A stretch of DNA of 64,000 bases from Malacoraja senta (lineage: Eukaryota). The stretch is from NCBI GenBank assembly GCA_038087875.1, contig CM075982.1, positions 30,504,001-30,568,000 of the forward strand, read 5' to 3'. Below are positions 46,987 to 59,655 of this stretch, piece after piece. A program made the translations under genes and the position numbers. The notes beneath the pieces are model-generated. The model was not told where the DNA came from and searched no databases. It worked only from the letters and a program-made list of their open reading frames with translations. Position 1 is the first letter of the stretch, and the number at the start of each line of letters is the position of its first letter.

Positions 46987-47190
46987 TGTAAAGAAGCTTT
47001 AACAAGACATCGTTACTTTACTATCTTTATTCATACTGGAGCATTACATATTGCACTAGCTGTACGTGGTCTGTCACAGGAACTAGTGAGCGATCTGTGG
47101 GTGGGGAGGTTGTAGTTATACTTGTGATATGGGGAGTGGTTAGTAGGTATGAGGTCACTATGTTAAAGGCACATGCATATATCATCTACA
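46987..47190 (-). repeat. Gypsy 5' LTR
   Basis: 204 bp, TG...CA, directly abutting the PBS. Confidence 0.95.
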
Positions 47191-47246
47191 CTCAGTGGGC
47201 CGAAGGGCCTGTTTCCACGCTGTAGCTCTAAACTATACTATCTAAA

Positions 47247-49407
47247 CTGTCCACCCGTGTGCATACTTGGAGGATTCGTTATGCACCCGACCTCGTCTAT
47301 GTGATACACATCCTAAAAAGTCATGGTCATATTTGTGTCCAGCACTGATGCAACTTGATATCATAAGGAAAGGCCTGGTGACAATCCAATATCTCTAAAA
47401 ATGATGCAGAGTGCTGGAGGAGCTCAGCAGGTCGGGCAACATCTCTGGAGAACATGGATACACAATGTTTTTGTCAGAATCCTTCTTCAGACTCGGGTCT
47501 GAAGATCCCAACCCAAAATGTTCACGTCATAGGAGTAGAATTAGGCCATTCGGCCCATTGTATCTACTCCACCATTCGACAATGGCTGATGTCTTTCCCT
47601 CTCAATCCCATTCTCTTGCCTTCTCCCCTGACATCCTTACTAATCAAGAAAATGTGAATCTCTGCTTTAAAAATACCTGACCTCCCCAGTTGCCTGTGGC
47701 AATGAATTCCACAAATTCACCACCCTCTGGTAAAGAATGTCCTCATCTCCTTTCTAAAAGGTACGTCCTTTTATTGTGAGGCAATGCCACCTGGTCCTAG
47801 ACTATCCCACTGGGTGCAAACATCCCCTCCATCTCCACTCTATCCAGTCCTTTCATTATTCAGTACCTCTCCACGTTCTCCTGAGTTGCTGTCTGACCCG
47901 CAGTTACTCCAGCACTCTGTGTCTTCTTTTGTAAACCAATCTCTGCAGTGCCTTGTTTCTATAACTATTATCTACCTCTTTGGTGACCCTCGGACTATCC
48001 TTTATCGGACTTTGCTGGCTTTACCTTGCAGTAAACATTATTCCCTTATCATGTATCCATACACTGTAAATGCATTGATTGTAATCGCGTATTGTCTTCC
48101 TGCTGGCTGGTTAGCACGCAACTACAGCTTTTCACTGTACCTCGGTACACGTGACAAAAAACTAAACTGAAGCTGAACTATAAACAAATATACCTTCCAT
48201 GTTAATACTGGTTAAACTGCAGCTGACTCCCAAGGAATTATTACCAAAAGGATATTAAAATATCTTGACATACAACACATCAATGGAAACATTGCAAGCA
48301 CATTTGTCAGCACTTTCAGAGAAAAAATATTGATTTTTATACACTCATGTTTTTTATTATGTTTGCTTATTGAACCTAATAGAGAAATAGATACAAAACA
48401 CAATAACGTCAGCAAATGTTGTTTGAGGTTTAAAAAAGTAATGAACATTTTTTCAGTGCAATAAATATTTGAAGCTCAATAAATGCTATTAGTAGTTCTG
48501 GACAATGTACAAACGTTTGGAGCTTATAGACATGATAATAATATCTAACATCAACAGCAGCTTATTTTTCAACAAGGCAAAGACATTGAAATGAATCACT
48601 GGGATACTGGCAGGCCAATTCTTTGATTTCATGTGAAATGCTTCCTCCCATTCTGATAAGACAGTCTCATTTGGAATTCTTGGCAGAGGTACGCTTTATA
48701 AGTCCAGATGTATACGAGGCATCGATATAGTAAATAATGAGAAACTTTGCACCTCAGCAACTGCATCCATACCCAGGTAAGGAGAAGATTTGGAGTGGAC
48801 CTTTTAATTAGAAGGTGGTTGAAATTTGGAATGCATTGTTTAGTTTAGTTTAGAGAAACAGCGCAGAAACAGGCCCTTCGGCCCACAGAGTCCGTACCGA
48901 CCAGCGATCCCCGCACATTAACACTGCCCTTCACACACAAGGGACAATTTGTTTACATTGATACAAAGCCAATTAACCTACAAACCTGTACGTTCTTTGA
49001 AGAGTGGGAGGAAACCAAAGATCTTGGAGAAAACCCATGCAGGTCACGGGGAGAACATACAAACTTTGTAGGGACAAGCACCCATAGTGAGGAACTAACC
49101 CGGGTCTCTGGCGCTGTAAGGCAATAACGTTGTGCCACTGTGCAACTCATGTCACGAAAGTTTTTTTAGGAAACAGGTACACTTTGTCTAAATGCATCAG
49201 TTGGATCACTACTTACAATCAGTTAAATGCAAACGGTGTTTCACAACACAATAATAAGTGCAGTTAACAACTTTTAGCAGAATTTAATTGACCAAAGTCC
49301 TTTGGAACATCCTCTGGTTATGAAATGTGTCACGAAACAAAGTTATGTTCGTTTCCACATCAACGATAAATCATCACAAAAATATCTAGTACAGGTCCAT
49401 CATTGAC
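47247..49407. repeat. Older segmental duplication, copy B (EXO5 3' flank or UTR)
   Basis: Colinear with 35827-39193; lacks the ISL2EU and CR1 insertions. Confidence 0.9.
48353..48358 (-). terminator. Candidate EXO5 poly(A) signal
   Basis: AATAAA on the minus strand about 1.3 kb past the stop; duplicated at 36918-36923. Confidence 0.35.
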
Positions 49408-49683
49408 CTTCAGGTCGAGACCCTTCTTCAGACCCGAAACATCACCCATTCCTTCTCTCCAGAGATGCTGCCCGACCCGCTGAGTTACTCCAGCATTTTG
49501 TGTCTACCTTCGATCTAAACCAGCATCTGCAGTTCCTTCCAACAGATGTGTAGGTTAATTGGCATGATATAAGTGTAAATAGTCCCTAATGTAGGATAGT
49601 ACTAGAGATCGTGGATCGCGCGCGGGTGGGTGCGGACTCGGTGGGCCAAAGTGCCTGTTTCCGCGCTGTAGGTCTAAACTAAA

Positions 49684-50157
49684 TTATGATAATTTTCTGT
49701 GATTTGCTCGATTCCTCTCGACAGCTTCTTCGGCTTTCTTCTCTCTCCACTGACAGATGTCTGCAAAGTCGCACGATCGGCATTTCCAGGCCTCCTCGAT
49801 ATCAACCCCCTGGGCCTCCCGCTGGCCCTTCCAGAAGGAGCAGTAATGTTTCAGCTCCTTTACAACCCGCTTCTCCTCAAAGCGCACTACTTCCGTCCCG
49901 ATCACAGAGGCATCGGCTTGGTAGCAGTACTCGATCTTCAGAACGTCAATGGTGGGGATCTCAATGTACATCAGGTTCAAAAATATCAAATCCAAGAGTT
50001 CACCAAATGTGTTTACAAACAGGCCCATCTTCTTAGCGTGCACCATGACCTCCAAACCAAAGCTCCGCTCTGTTTGCAACTGAAGATGTTGAACGATTGT
50101 GTCTTTCTTCAGCTGGCCTTTGACCAAAGCCTCAAACAGAAGCTTGTACACATTGAC
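49684..50157 (-). CDS. EXO5: Exonuclease V, last coding exon
   Basis: gattaccag|GTC AAT GTG TAC...TAA; GVDIEEAWKCRSCDFADICQW carries three Fe-S cysteines. Confidence 0.95.
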   Translation of the reverse strand, partial: VNVYKLLFEALVKGQLKKDTIVQHLQLQTERSFGLEVMVHAKKMGLFVNTFGELLDLIFLNLMYIEIPTIDVLKIEYCYQADASVIGTEVVRFEEKRVVKELKHYCSFWKGQREAQGVDIEEAWKCRSCDFADICQWREKKAEEAVERNRANHRKLS

Positions 50158-50449
50158 CTGGTAATCAAAGGAATTTTGTTTTATTAGAGGAACTATCGTT
50201 AAAGCCAGACTGAATTAAAGCCTCTTGAGGGCGCACAGTAGCGCAGCTGGTAGAGCTGCTGCCTCACAGTATCAAGGACCCGGACTCAATCCTGACCTCA
50301 TGTGTTGTCAGTGTGGAGTTTGCACATTCTCCCTGTGACCGCATGGGTGCTCCGGTTTCCTCCTCCATCCCAAAGATTTGCTGGATTGTCGGTTAATTGG
50401 CCATGAATGACCAAATCAACACCCCCCCCACCACCACCCAGGTACTCTC

Positions 50450-51220
50450 CCCAGCATCTGCAGGAGATGCAACACCTGTCCCTATACTTCCTCCCTCAGA
50501 TCTATCCAGGGATGCAGCATTCCTTCCAAATGTAACAAGGGATCCTGTGCGCCTCCTCTAACCTCACCTGATGCATTTGGTGCTTCCGACGTGGCCGCCT
50601 TTACATTGGTGAGGCCAAGCGTTGACCAGGTGACGTATTCCACAAAGGCCTGCAGAATCTCCAGTTCTGTTAATCATTTTAGCTCCCATTCCCATTCCCG
50701 TAACGATCTTTCTGTCCTGGGCTTCCTCCATTGCCAGATTGAGGCCACACACAAACAGCACCTTATATTCTGCTTTGGTAGATTACTACCCAATGGTATG
50801 AACATTGAATTCTCCAATCTTAGTTAGCAACCCACCCAAACCACCCACCCCCAACAAACCTCTCTTTCCCCCCCTTCTCTCCGCTGTGCCCCACAGATGC
50901 TTTCCCCGTCCCACCTGTATCCCTTCCTCTGGCTTCAGAATTTACTCCTCTTATCAGCCTTTTGTCTTCATTTCATCTCTGGCCTTTGTCCACCGATATG
51001 CCAATAAAAATGCTCCTCACCTGTATTCACCGATCACTTACCAGACCTTATCCAGCCTCCACCTATTTTCTCAGCTTTCTCCCCACCCCACCCCCACAAC
51101 TGCCGAAGAAGGATCCTGACCCGAAACATCGCCTACCCATGTTCTCCAGAGATGCTGCCTGATCCGCTGAGTTGCTCCAGCACTGTGTCTTTCTTTGTAA
51201 ACCAGCATTTGCGGTTCCTT
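50450..51220 (+). mobile_element. Penelope-like element 3' fragment
   Basis: HFSSHSHSRNDLSVLGFLHCQIEATHKQHLIFCFGRLLPNGMNIEFSN followed by the pLTR repeat. Confidence 0.78.
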
Positions 51221-51734
51221 ATGCCCAGTGTCCTGTATATATTACGGCACTGCAGTTGTGCATTTAAGACCTGATGGGTGACTTGAACCAAAAACATTCT
51301 GACCCAGGGGAGAGGGGACTGATAAAGAAGCCACACAGCATGCACTTGGAATTTACTGTGACTCACAAAAGCTCCATGTTAGCGCTCATGAACTTGACTC
51401 TACCATAAGATGGCACAAAATCTAACCCACAACGTGCACTTGGGTATGCCGACCCAAAGCAGTCTAGGGAGGACCATTTGTTTTGTTCTAAACATTAGTT
51501 TAGAGATACAGCAGGGAAACAGGCCTTTGGCCCACCGAGTCTGCGCTGACCATCGATCAGCTGCTCACACTTCTTCATGTCATCTCACTTTCCCATTCAC
51601 TTCCTACACACAGGATCATGGTTTAGCTGGGATCATGAAAGAATTGAAAGGTACAGCATGGAAACATTCCTTCGGCCCCCGAGTCCACGCCAACCATCAA
51701 TCGCCCGCTCACACTTGTTCTAAGTTAACCTACT

Positions 51735-52135
51735 GGGCCTATATTCGCTGGAGTTTAGAAGAATGAGGGGGGACCTCATTGAAACTTACAGAATAATGAA
51801 AGGCATAGATAGAGTGGATGTGGAAAGGATGATTCCAATGGTGGGAGAGTCTAGGACCAGAGGTCATAGCCTCAGCATTAAAGGACGCTCTTTTAGAAAG
51901 GAGGTGAGGAGGAACTTCTTTAGTCAGAAGATAGTTAATCTGTGGAACTCATTGCCAGAGAGCTGTGGAGGGCAAGTCAGTGGATATTTTTAAGGCAGAG
52001 ATAGACAAATTCTTGATTAGAACGGGTGTTAAGGGCTATGGGGAGAAGGCAGAAGAATGGGATTTGGAGGCAGAGATCAGCCATGATTGAATGGTGGAAT
52101 AGACTCGATGGGCCGAATGGCCTAATAGTACTCTG
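51735..52135 (+). mobile_element. CR1 LINE 3' fragment
   Basis: ORF 51763..51993: MRGDLIETYRIMKGIDRVD...NFFSQKIVNLWNSLP. Confidence 0.88.
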
Positions 52136-52203
52136 TAAGCTTGTGAGCTATACGTCAGTGTAAAATGAATGTGTTTCGAATGATTCTCGCCCGACTCACT
52201 TAC

Positions 52204-52376
52204 TTGTAAGTGGTGGCTCTTCCTTTGGGCAGCGCTGGGGAATGTCGGCTGGGCACGGGTTTTCAGCTCACGCAGTTCCAGCTCACCACTGGAACTGTAG
52301 CACAGCTCGTCAATCACACCCACCAGGAAAACCCCCTCCACTTCTCCAAACACGGGCAGCTCTCGTACACGCTCTC
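52204..52376 (-). CDS. EXO5: Exonuclease V coding exon (nuclease core)
   Basis: gttcttcag|GA GAG CGT...TTA CAA|gtaagt; [21 protein letters not shown]...ELKTR catalytic motifs. Confidence 0.95.
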
Positions 52377-53022
52377 CTGAAGAACAAACAACCAAATCAT
52401 GACATTGGCTTATCTGGTTATCTGCTAAAGATTTCTGTGCAGTGTGTCTCACAGTCTAAATCCAACTGGTTTTCAACTAGAATTTGTCAATTCTCAGCTG
52501 GGATTATAAAATCAGCCCACCAAATCCATGCCGACCATCAATTACCGGTTCACACTAGTTTTAGACTTCATAAGTTCATTAGTTTATAGGAGCAGAGTTA
52601 GGCAATTCGGTCCATCAAGTCTTCAAGTCTACTTCGTCATTCAATCATGGCTGATCTATCTTTCCCCATTAACCCCATTCTCCTGCCTTCACCCCATAAC
52701 CCCTGACATCTGTACTAATCAAGAACCTGGCAATCTCCGTCTTAAAAATATTCATTGATGGCCTCCACAGCCTTCCGTGGTAATGAATTCCACAAATTCA
52801 CCATCCTCTGACTAAAGAAATTCCTCCTCATCTCCGTTCTCAAGATTAACTTTAGAGATACAGTGTGGAAACAGGCCCTTCGGCCCGCCGAATCTATGCC
52901 GACCATCGGTTACCGGTTCACACTAGTTTTCAACTTTAGAGATACAGCGAGGAAACAGGCCATTTGGCCCATCGAGTCCGCGCCAACCAGCGATCACACC
53001 TGCAAACTAGCACTATCCTACA

Positions 53023-53076
53023 GGGGTGGGAGATTGCAACCTTCACGTGGTCCACCCTGTTTTGACGAAAGCAATC
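53023..53076 (+). ncRNA. Minimal HDV-like ribozyme fold
   Basis: P1 GGGGTGG/CCACCCT; P2 GATTGC/GCAATC; P3 ACC/GGT; L3 TTCACGT; J4/2 C(53066)GAA. Confidence 0.78.
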
Positions 53077-53156
53077 AACCCGACGTGCACAAACAAGATC
53101 AAATAGAACAAGTTGACCTACAACTTTAGGCTGTACATGCCATTCGCAAGAAGAAG
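53023..53156 (+). mobile_element. Short non-autonomous retroposon with a 5' HDV-like ribozyme (copy 2)
   Basis: Perfect 11-bp TSD actatcctaca at 53012-53022 and 53157-53167, inside an antisense SINE; aagaagaag tail. Confidence 0.88.
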
Positions 53157-54076
53157 ACTATCCTACATACTTGGTACAAGTTATAATTTTTACTGAAGCC
53201 AATTAACCTACAAATCTGTGCGTCTTTGGGATGTGGGAGAAAACCGGAGCACCCGAGGAAAAGCCAAGCGGTCAGAGGGAGAACGTACAAACTCCACACA
53301 GACAGCAGCCAAGGTCAGAATCGAACACGGGTATCTGGTGCCATGAGTCAGCAGCTCTATCAGCAGCACCACTGTGCCGCCCAGAAATGGAGTAAGCAGG
53401 CCATCCGCACCCTACAGAGGCCAGCAGAGCAATGTTTTAAAACAGAAAGAACGCTATGTTGTGTTGTGCCACTTTTGCACCCACTCCCTACATATTAGGG
53501 GCAATTTACAGAAGCCTATTAATCTACCTCAAAAAGGCAACCAAAATCATCAAAGACCCACACCATCCTGGCCGCACTCTCATTTCACCATTGCCATCAG
53601 GAAGAAGGTACAGGAGCCTGAAAACTGTCACGTCCAGGTTCAGGAACAGCTTCTTCCCTACAGCCTTCAGGCTATTAAACACAACAACGAATAAGCTCTG
53701 AGCTCTGAACTGCAAACGGCTATATTATTATTGCACTATATTTGTTATTTAGTGAACTCTTTCTTTTTTTCTCTTCCCCCGTTATGTACTATGTTTACAT
53801 ATTCACATATTCTGTTGTGCTGCAACAAGTAAGAATTTCATTGCCCCATCCGGGACATATGACAATAAAACACTCTTGACTCTTGACAAACTACACAACT
53901 TTGGGATGAGGGAAGAAACCAGAGAATCCGGAGGAAACCCACATGGTCACACGAAGAATGTGAAAACTTCAAACAGACAGCACCCGAGGTCAGGATCAAA
54001 CCGAAATTTTGCCAAATACAACTTCCCTACTTTTATGTGTCGGCTTTGCAACAATCTGTTGATATCTTTGACCTAC

Positions 54077-54181
54077 CTGCCTGCAAGAACTGTATCATCG
54101 AGAGAAAATTAAGAAGTTTAACAGCCCAACTATCTTCTCGGCTCTCTATGTTTATTGGGACGATGTCCTGAATCTCCAACT
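54077..54181 (-). CDS. EXO5: Exonuclease V coding exon (not in the ORF track)
   Basis: gatttgctctag|AG TTG GAG ATT CAG GAC...CAG GCA G|gtaggt; 105 nt, phase 1-1; [35 protein letters not shown]. Confidence 0.92.
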
Positions 54182-54699
54182 CTAGAGCAAATCAGAGAGA
54201 AATTAAACATTTTTAACACAATCCGTTAAATAAAACACTAATATATAGCATAATGTAAAACACATACAAATCAAGATGGACAGAAAGTTTCATTTATAGA
54301 TACAGAATGGAAACAGGACTTTTGGCCCACCAAGTCCATGCCGACCATCGATCACCTGTTCACACTCGTTCATACTCAAGAGGGAAGGTAGACAAAATTG
54401 CTGGAGAAACTCAGCGGGTGAGGCAGCATCTATGGAGCGAAAGTCTGAAGAAGGGGTCTGAAGAAGGGTTTCGGCCCGAAACATTGCCTATTTCCTTTGC
54501 TCCATAGATGCTGCCTCACCCGCTGAATTTCTCCAGCAATTTTGTCTACCTTCGATTTTCCAGCATCTGCAGTTCCTTCTTGAACATACTCAAGAGAGAT
54601 ATGGGTTATGTGCAGGTAGATAAGTGATGGTCTTCGCATCATGTTTGGCACAGACTTCAGTGGATGGTAACATTTTAGAGTCCATTGTAAAGGATGAGG

Positions 54700-55985
54700 T
54701 TTCCGAGTAATTAGAAGCACAGGATAAATTCGGACGGTCAGCATGGTTTTACGAAGGGGTTTGATCTTGCCTGCCAAATCTGCTAGAATTCTTTGAGGAA
54801 GTAAATAGCAGGATTGACAAAGGAGTCAGTGGATATTGTTTACCTAGATTTTCAAAAGGCCTTTGATAAGGTGAGGCTACTAAAAAAAAAATGAGAGGCC
54901 ATGGTATTGGAGGGAAAATACTAGTATGGATAGCAGGTTGGCTGAATGGCAGAAGACAAAGTGTGGCAATAATGGGGGTTTTCTGGTTGGCTGCCCGTGA
55001 CTAGTGGAGTTTGTTGTGTATCAATGAATTGAAGAGGGAATTGAAGGCTTTTGGTGCCAAGTTTGTGGATAATACAATGAAAGGTGAAGGTGGACAAAAG
55101 TGCTGGAGAAACTCAGTGGGTGCAGCAGCATCTATGGAGCGAAGGAAAGGTGAAGGGGCAGGTAGTGTAAAGAAAGCAGGAACTCTGCAGAAGGACTTGC
55201 GCAGGTAGGGAGAGTGGGCAGAGTAGTGGCAGATGGAATATAGTGAAGTAGGAATAAAGGCAGGGACTATTTTCTAAATGAGAGTATTCAGAAATCAGAG
55301 GTGCAAAGGGTGTTGGGAGTGCTGATGCAGGACTCCCATAAGGTTAATTTGCAAGTTGTAAAGGAAAGTAAATGCAATGATAGCATTTATTTTGTGAGGA
55401 CTAGAGTATAAAAAACAGGGATGTAATGCTGAGGTTTTATAAGGCACTGGTCAGACCACATTTGGAATATTGTGAGCAGTGTATGGCCTCATATCTGAGG
55501 TAAGATGTGCTGACATTGGAGAGGGTCTAGAGGAGGTTTACGAGAATGATCCCGGGGGATGGTTAGGTTAATGTTAGCTTGACGGCACTGGGCCTGTACT
55601 CGGTGGAGTTTAGAAGGATGAGGGGACACCTCATTGAAACTTAACGCATACTGAAAGGTCTGGATAGAGCGGATGTAGAGGGGATGGTTCCGCTAGTGGG
55701 AGAGTGTAGGACCTGAGGTCAGAATAAAAGGACATACCTTTAGAAAGAAGATGAGGAGTTTCTTTAGTCAGAATGTGGTGAATGTGGTGAAATTCATTGC
55801 CACATGCTGCGGAGGCCAAGCCATCGGGTATTTTTAAAGCGCAGGTTGAAGGATTCTTGAGTAATAATGGCGTCAAAGGTTATGGGGAGAAGGCAGGAAA
55901 TGAGATTCAGGAAGATCGATTAGCCATGATTGAATGGCAGAGTAGACTTGATGGGCCGAATGGCCTAATTCTGCTCCTTTGACGT
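54700..55985 (+). mobile_element. Degraded CR1 LINE (RT region to 3' end) with deletions and a small Penelope insert
   Basis: NLLEFFEEVNSRIDKGxxVDIVYLDFQKAFDKV, followed by C-terminal CR1 motifs with stops. Confidence 0.82.
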
Positions 55986-57641
55986 GAATATGCTCTCTTA
56001 TTTTTTCCTGCCAAAATAGACAATTTCACATTTTCCCACAATTTACTCCATTTGCCAAATCTTTGTTCACTTATCTAACATTTCTTTAGTGTCATATAAT
56101 GGTATCTTCCCAACTTACTTTCCCTCCTATCATTGCATCTTCAGCAAATTCAGCAATTCATACATAGGACATGGGTGAGTGGTAAAAGAGTTTATAGGAA
56201 CCCGAGAGGTATCTGTTTCAGCGATGGGTGTATGGAACGAGCAGCCAGTCGTAGTTGAGGTAGGTAGTATTGCAACATATAAAAGACATTTGGACAGCTA
56301 TATGGGTAGGAAAGGTTTAAAGAGATATATTGGCCAAACACAGGCAGGTAGGTGGGACTACTGTGGATGGGGCATCTTGGTTGATGTGGACAAGTTGGGC
56401 TGAAGGGCCACTTGGTCTCGACCCTAAACGTCGCCTATTCTCTCCATAGATGCTGCCTCACCCGCTGAGTTTCTCCAGCATTTTTGTCTACCTTCACAAC
56501 TCCAGTTTACATGAGGAACTCAATCGTCCCCATGTGAAAGGGATCTATCCATTGCGGTCCAAGGATCCTTTTTTTCATTTAAAAAATCTGATTGGGAGCG
56601 TATACGAGCCTCAGGGCTGCGTGTTGCCTGATTCGTGATCAAGTCATAAGCCATACAGTGTGGCAACAGGCCCTTCGGTCCAACTTGCCCACACCGATCA
56701 ACATGTCCCACCTACACTATTCCCACCTGCCTGTGTATGGCCCATATCGCTCTAAATCTGCCCTATCCGTGTACCTGTCTAAATGTTTCTTAAACATTGT
56801 GATAGTACCTGCCTTAACTACCTGCTCCAGCAGCTCGTTCCATACAACTACCACCCTTTGTGTGGAAAGGTTAACGCTCAGGTTCCTTTCCCCCCTCACC
56901 TTAAACCTATGTCCTTTGGTTCTCGATTCCCTTACTCTGGGCAAGAGACTCTGTGGTCTACCCGATCTATTCCTCTCATGATTTTGTTCACCTCTATTAG
57001 ATCACCTCTCATCCTCATGCACTCCAAGGAATAGAGTCCTAACGTGCCCAACCTCTCCCTATAGCTCAGGTCCTCGAGTCCATATTGGAGCAGGCTGGTG
57101 CTGGTAATTCCAAATTGTGCGTTACCCTAGTCTATTCTCCTCATGATTTTAAACATCTCTACAAGATCACCCCTCATCCTCCTGCGCTCTGTGGAATAGA
57201 ATCCGAGACTGCTCAACCTCTCCCTGTAGCTCAGGCCCTTGAGTCCTGGCAACATCCTCGTAAATCTTCTCCGCACCCTTTCCAGCTTGACAAACATCGT
57301 TCCTATAACACTGTGAGCAGGCCTGGCTAGAGGATAGACAGAGCGCAGCCAAGCAGCCCCTGAACAGTAGCTGAGCTTGGTTTGCTGTGAGCTTTTACTA
57401 GTGTGCCAATGACTGTGCTCTCACGTCTCCCCCTTCCCATTCTCTGGATAAAAGTACATGTGGAGCGGGGACAACAACCCGTATTATTATTATTATTAAT
57501 GATTATTATGTGACCCCTGGTGGTTCGGCAAAGCAGATAAAGCGGCAAGGCTCTGGAACCAAGTGTGCCGGAAAACTGGTGGTGTACCTGTACTTTATTG
57601 CAGAATAGTGGAACCCATTTCATCGAGCCTGATAAGAGTAC

Positions 57642-57901
57642 CTCTTGCCAGATGGATGCTGCTGCCAGCCTTCACGACTGGTGCATCATCACGTAGCTGC
57701 TGAATGTGCGGCAGCTCCAGCCCGTAAACCACCTGCTGCTCGCACCAAGCCTGGCGACTCAGGTCAGTGACGCTCAAGTGCTTCCGATCAAAGCGCTCCA
57801 GCGGAGTCCCATTGTCCTGCCTTCTCCTTTTGTTGCTGTCGCTCTCACTCTGTGGATCACCTCCACTCCCCGACATCGACAGCTGGCTGGGAGATTGCTG
57901 A
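57642..57901 (-). CDS. EXO5: Exonuclease V coding exon (N-terminal; in-frame ATG at 57876)
   Basis: ttttgcccacag|T CAG CAA...GCA AGA G|gtactc; PLERF.RKHLSVTDLSRQAWCEQQ...GSSIHLAR contains the first Fe-S cysteine. Confidence 0.93.
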
Positions 57902-58771
57902 CTGTGGGCAAAAGTACAATATTTTAAAGCAAGATTAAATTTTCTGCATAGTGCAGCAGACCTGCACTGCAGTAGAGTTGATGCCTTACAGAGCCAAAGA
58001 CCCCGATTAAATCCTTGACTATGGCTGTTGTCTGTACGGAGTTTAGTTTAGAGCGCAGAAACAAGCCCTTCGGCCCATCGAGTCTGCGCCGACCAGCAAT
58101 CCCCTTAAACTAGCACTATCCTACACAATAGGGACAATTTACAATTTTTATCAAAGCCAGTTAACCTACAATCCTGTATTTCTTAGGAGTGTGGGGGGAA
58201 CCGGAGCACCCGGAGAAAACCCACGTAGTCACAGGGAGAACGTCCAAACTCAGGATAAACCCCGGGGTCTCTGGAAGGCAGCAGCTCTACCGATGTACAA
58301 CCGTGCAGTTTGTACCTTCTCCCTGTGACTGTGTGGCTTTTCTCCAGGTGCTCCGGTTTCCTCCCACATTCCAATGACATGCAGGTTTGTTGGCTTCTTT
58401 AAATTGTCCCTGGTAAGCAGGATAGAACAGGTGTAGTGTACAGGATTGTGTACCGCTGAAAGCTGGTCAGCGTGCTCGTTGGGCCAAAGGCCCTGTTTTC
58501 CACGCTGTATCTTTGAACTAAACTAAAATTTACTTCTCAATGCAGTGTCTGAACAAAGTTAAGAACTGTCAACACTCCCGAAGATCATTTTCGATTCGAT
58601 AAATAGGCTGTTAAAATGCCCCCATCCAGTGGTATCAGTCAGTGATTCCCTTCCTCCCCGCAGGGTTCAATCTTCACCAAAGCAATCAATACAGAATCAT
58701 TGATCACTCTTTTCTTGCTGTAAAATTCCTTCGCATTGATTAATGGCATATAACCGAGTACTTGCACTCAC

Positions 58772-58895
58772 TGACTTCTGAGACACATCACTGACAAACT
58801 AATTTTGTGTGCAGATGAGTGGTTCAATTCCAAAGTAATCCTTTTTAAAGTATATAATGTTTCAGGTTCCATATTTTTGCCCTAATCTTTGCCCT
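58772..58895 (-). CDS. EXO5: Candidate EXO5 initiator exon (ATG at 58872)
   Basis: tatttcacaag|...aaatATGG...AGT CA|gtgagt; phase 2 fits the next exon and would give a 370-aa protein. No recognisable homology. Confidence 0.4.
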
Positions 58896-59655
58896 CTTGT
58901 GAAATATACAAAATATTTAATTTATATTTTTTAAAATAATATATTTTAATAATACCTAATAGCAAACTGAGGGGCAACTTTTACATACAGAGGGTGGTGG
59001 ATGTGGAACAAGCTGCCAAAGGGGGTAGTTGAGGCAGATACTATAACAACATTTAAAATACATTTGGACAAGTACCTGGATAGGAAAGGTTTAGGGGAAT
59101 ACGGGCCAAATGCAAACTGGGGGGGACTAGTGCAGGTGGGGCATCTTGGCCGCCATGGGCAGGTGGGGCCGAAGGACCAGTTTCCGTGCTGTGTGACTAT
59201 ATAACAGTACAGCACAGGAGCAGGTGGGACTGGCAGAGATGGGGCATTTTAGTTGACATGGATGAGTTTGGCTGAAGGGCCCGTCTCTGTGCTACATGAC
59301 TCTAGGACTCTACGACACAACTGCAGTCTAGGCATTATAACAGAATGTTTGGAGAGTGTATGACAGTCAGTTATTTCAGTGACGTCGCTGTTGCCCTGCC
59401 AGGCAACATCTCACAGGAAAAGAGGAAATTCACAGCAGGACACCCATTAATTCTTTGTAGGTAGGCTCTCCCTATGTCACTGGCGGGCACTGCTCTTCAC
59501 CCATGGACTACAATACTTAAGCTATTACTTTAATTAAATTACCATCACGGGTACTGACCTCCCCACCATCGAAGGGATCAACAAGAGTCGCTACCTCAAA
59601 AATGCAGCCAGCATCATCTGAGACCCACATCACCCTGGCCACTTTCTCATTACAC

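Larger units (their letters stand above)
39466..47190 (-). mobile_element. Gypsy (Mag-like) LTR retrotransposon lacking gag and protease, with two nested LINEs
   Basis: TG...CA LTRs of 204 bp, 5-bp TSD CTCAG (39461-39465 and 47191-47195), PBS, PPT, and pol in RT-RNaseH-IN order. Confidence 0.95.

Noticed and set aside
56520-56711. EKKDPWTA peptide as the missing EXO5 exon
   Set aside because: Weak similarity and no suitable splice sites; the real exon is at 54077-54181.
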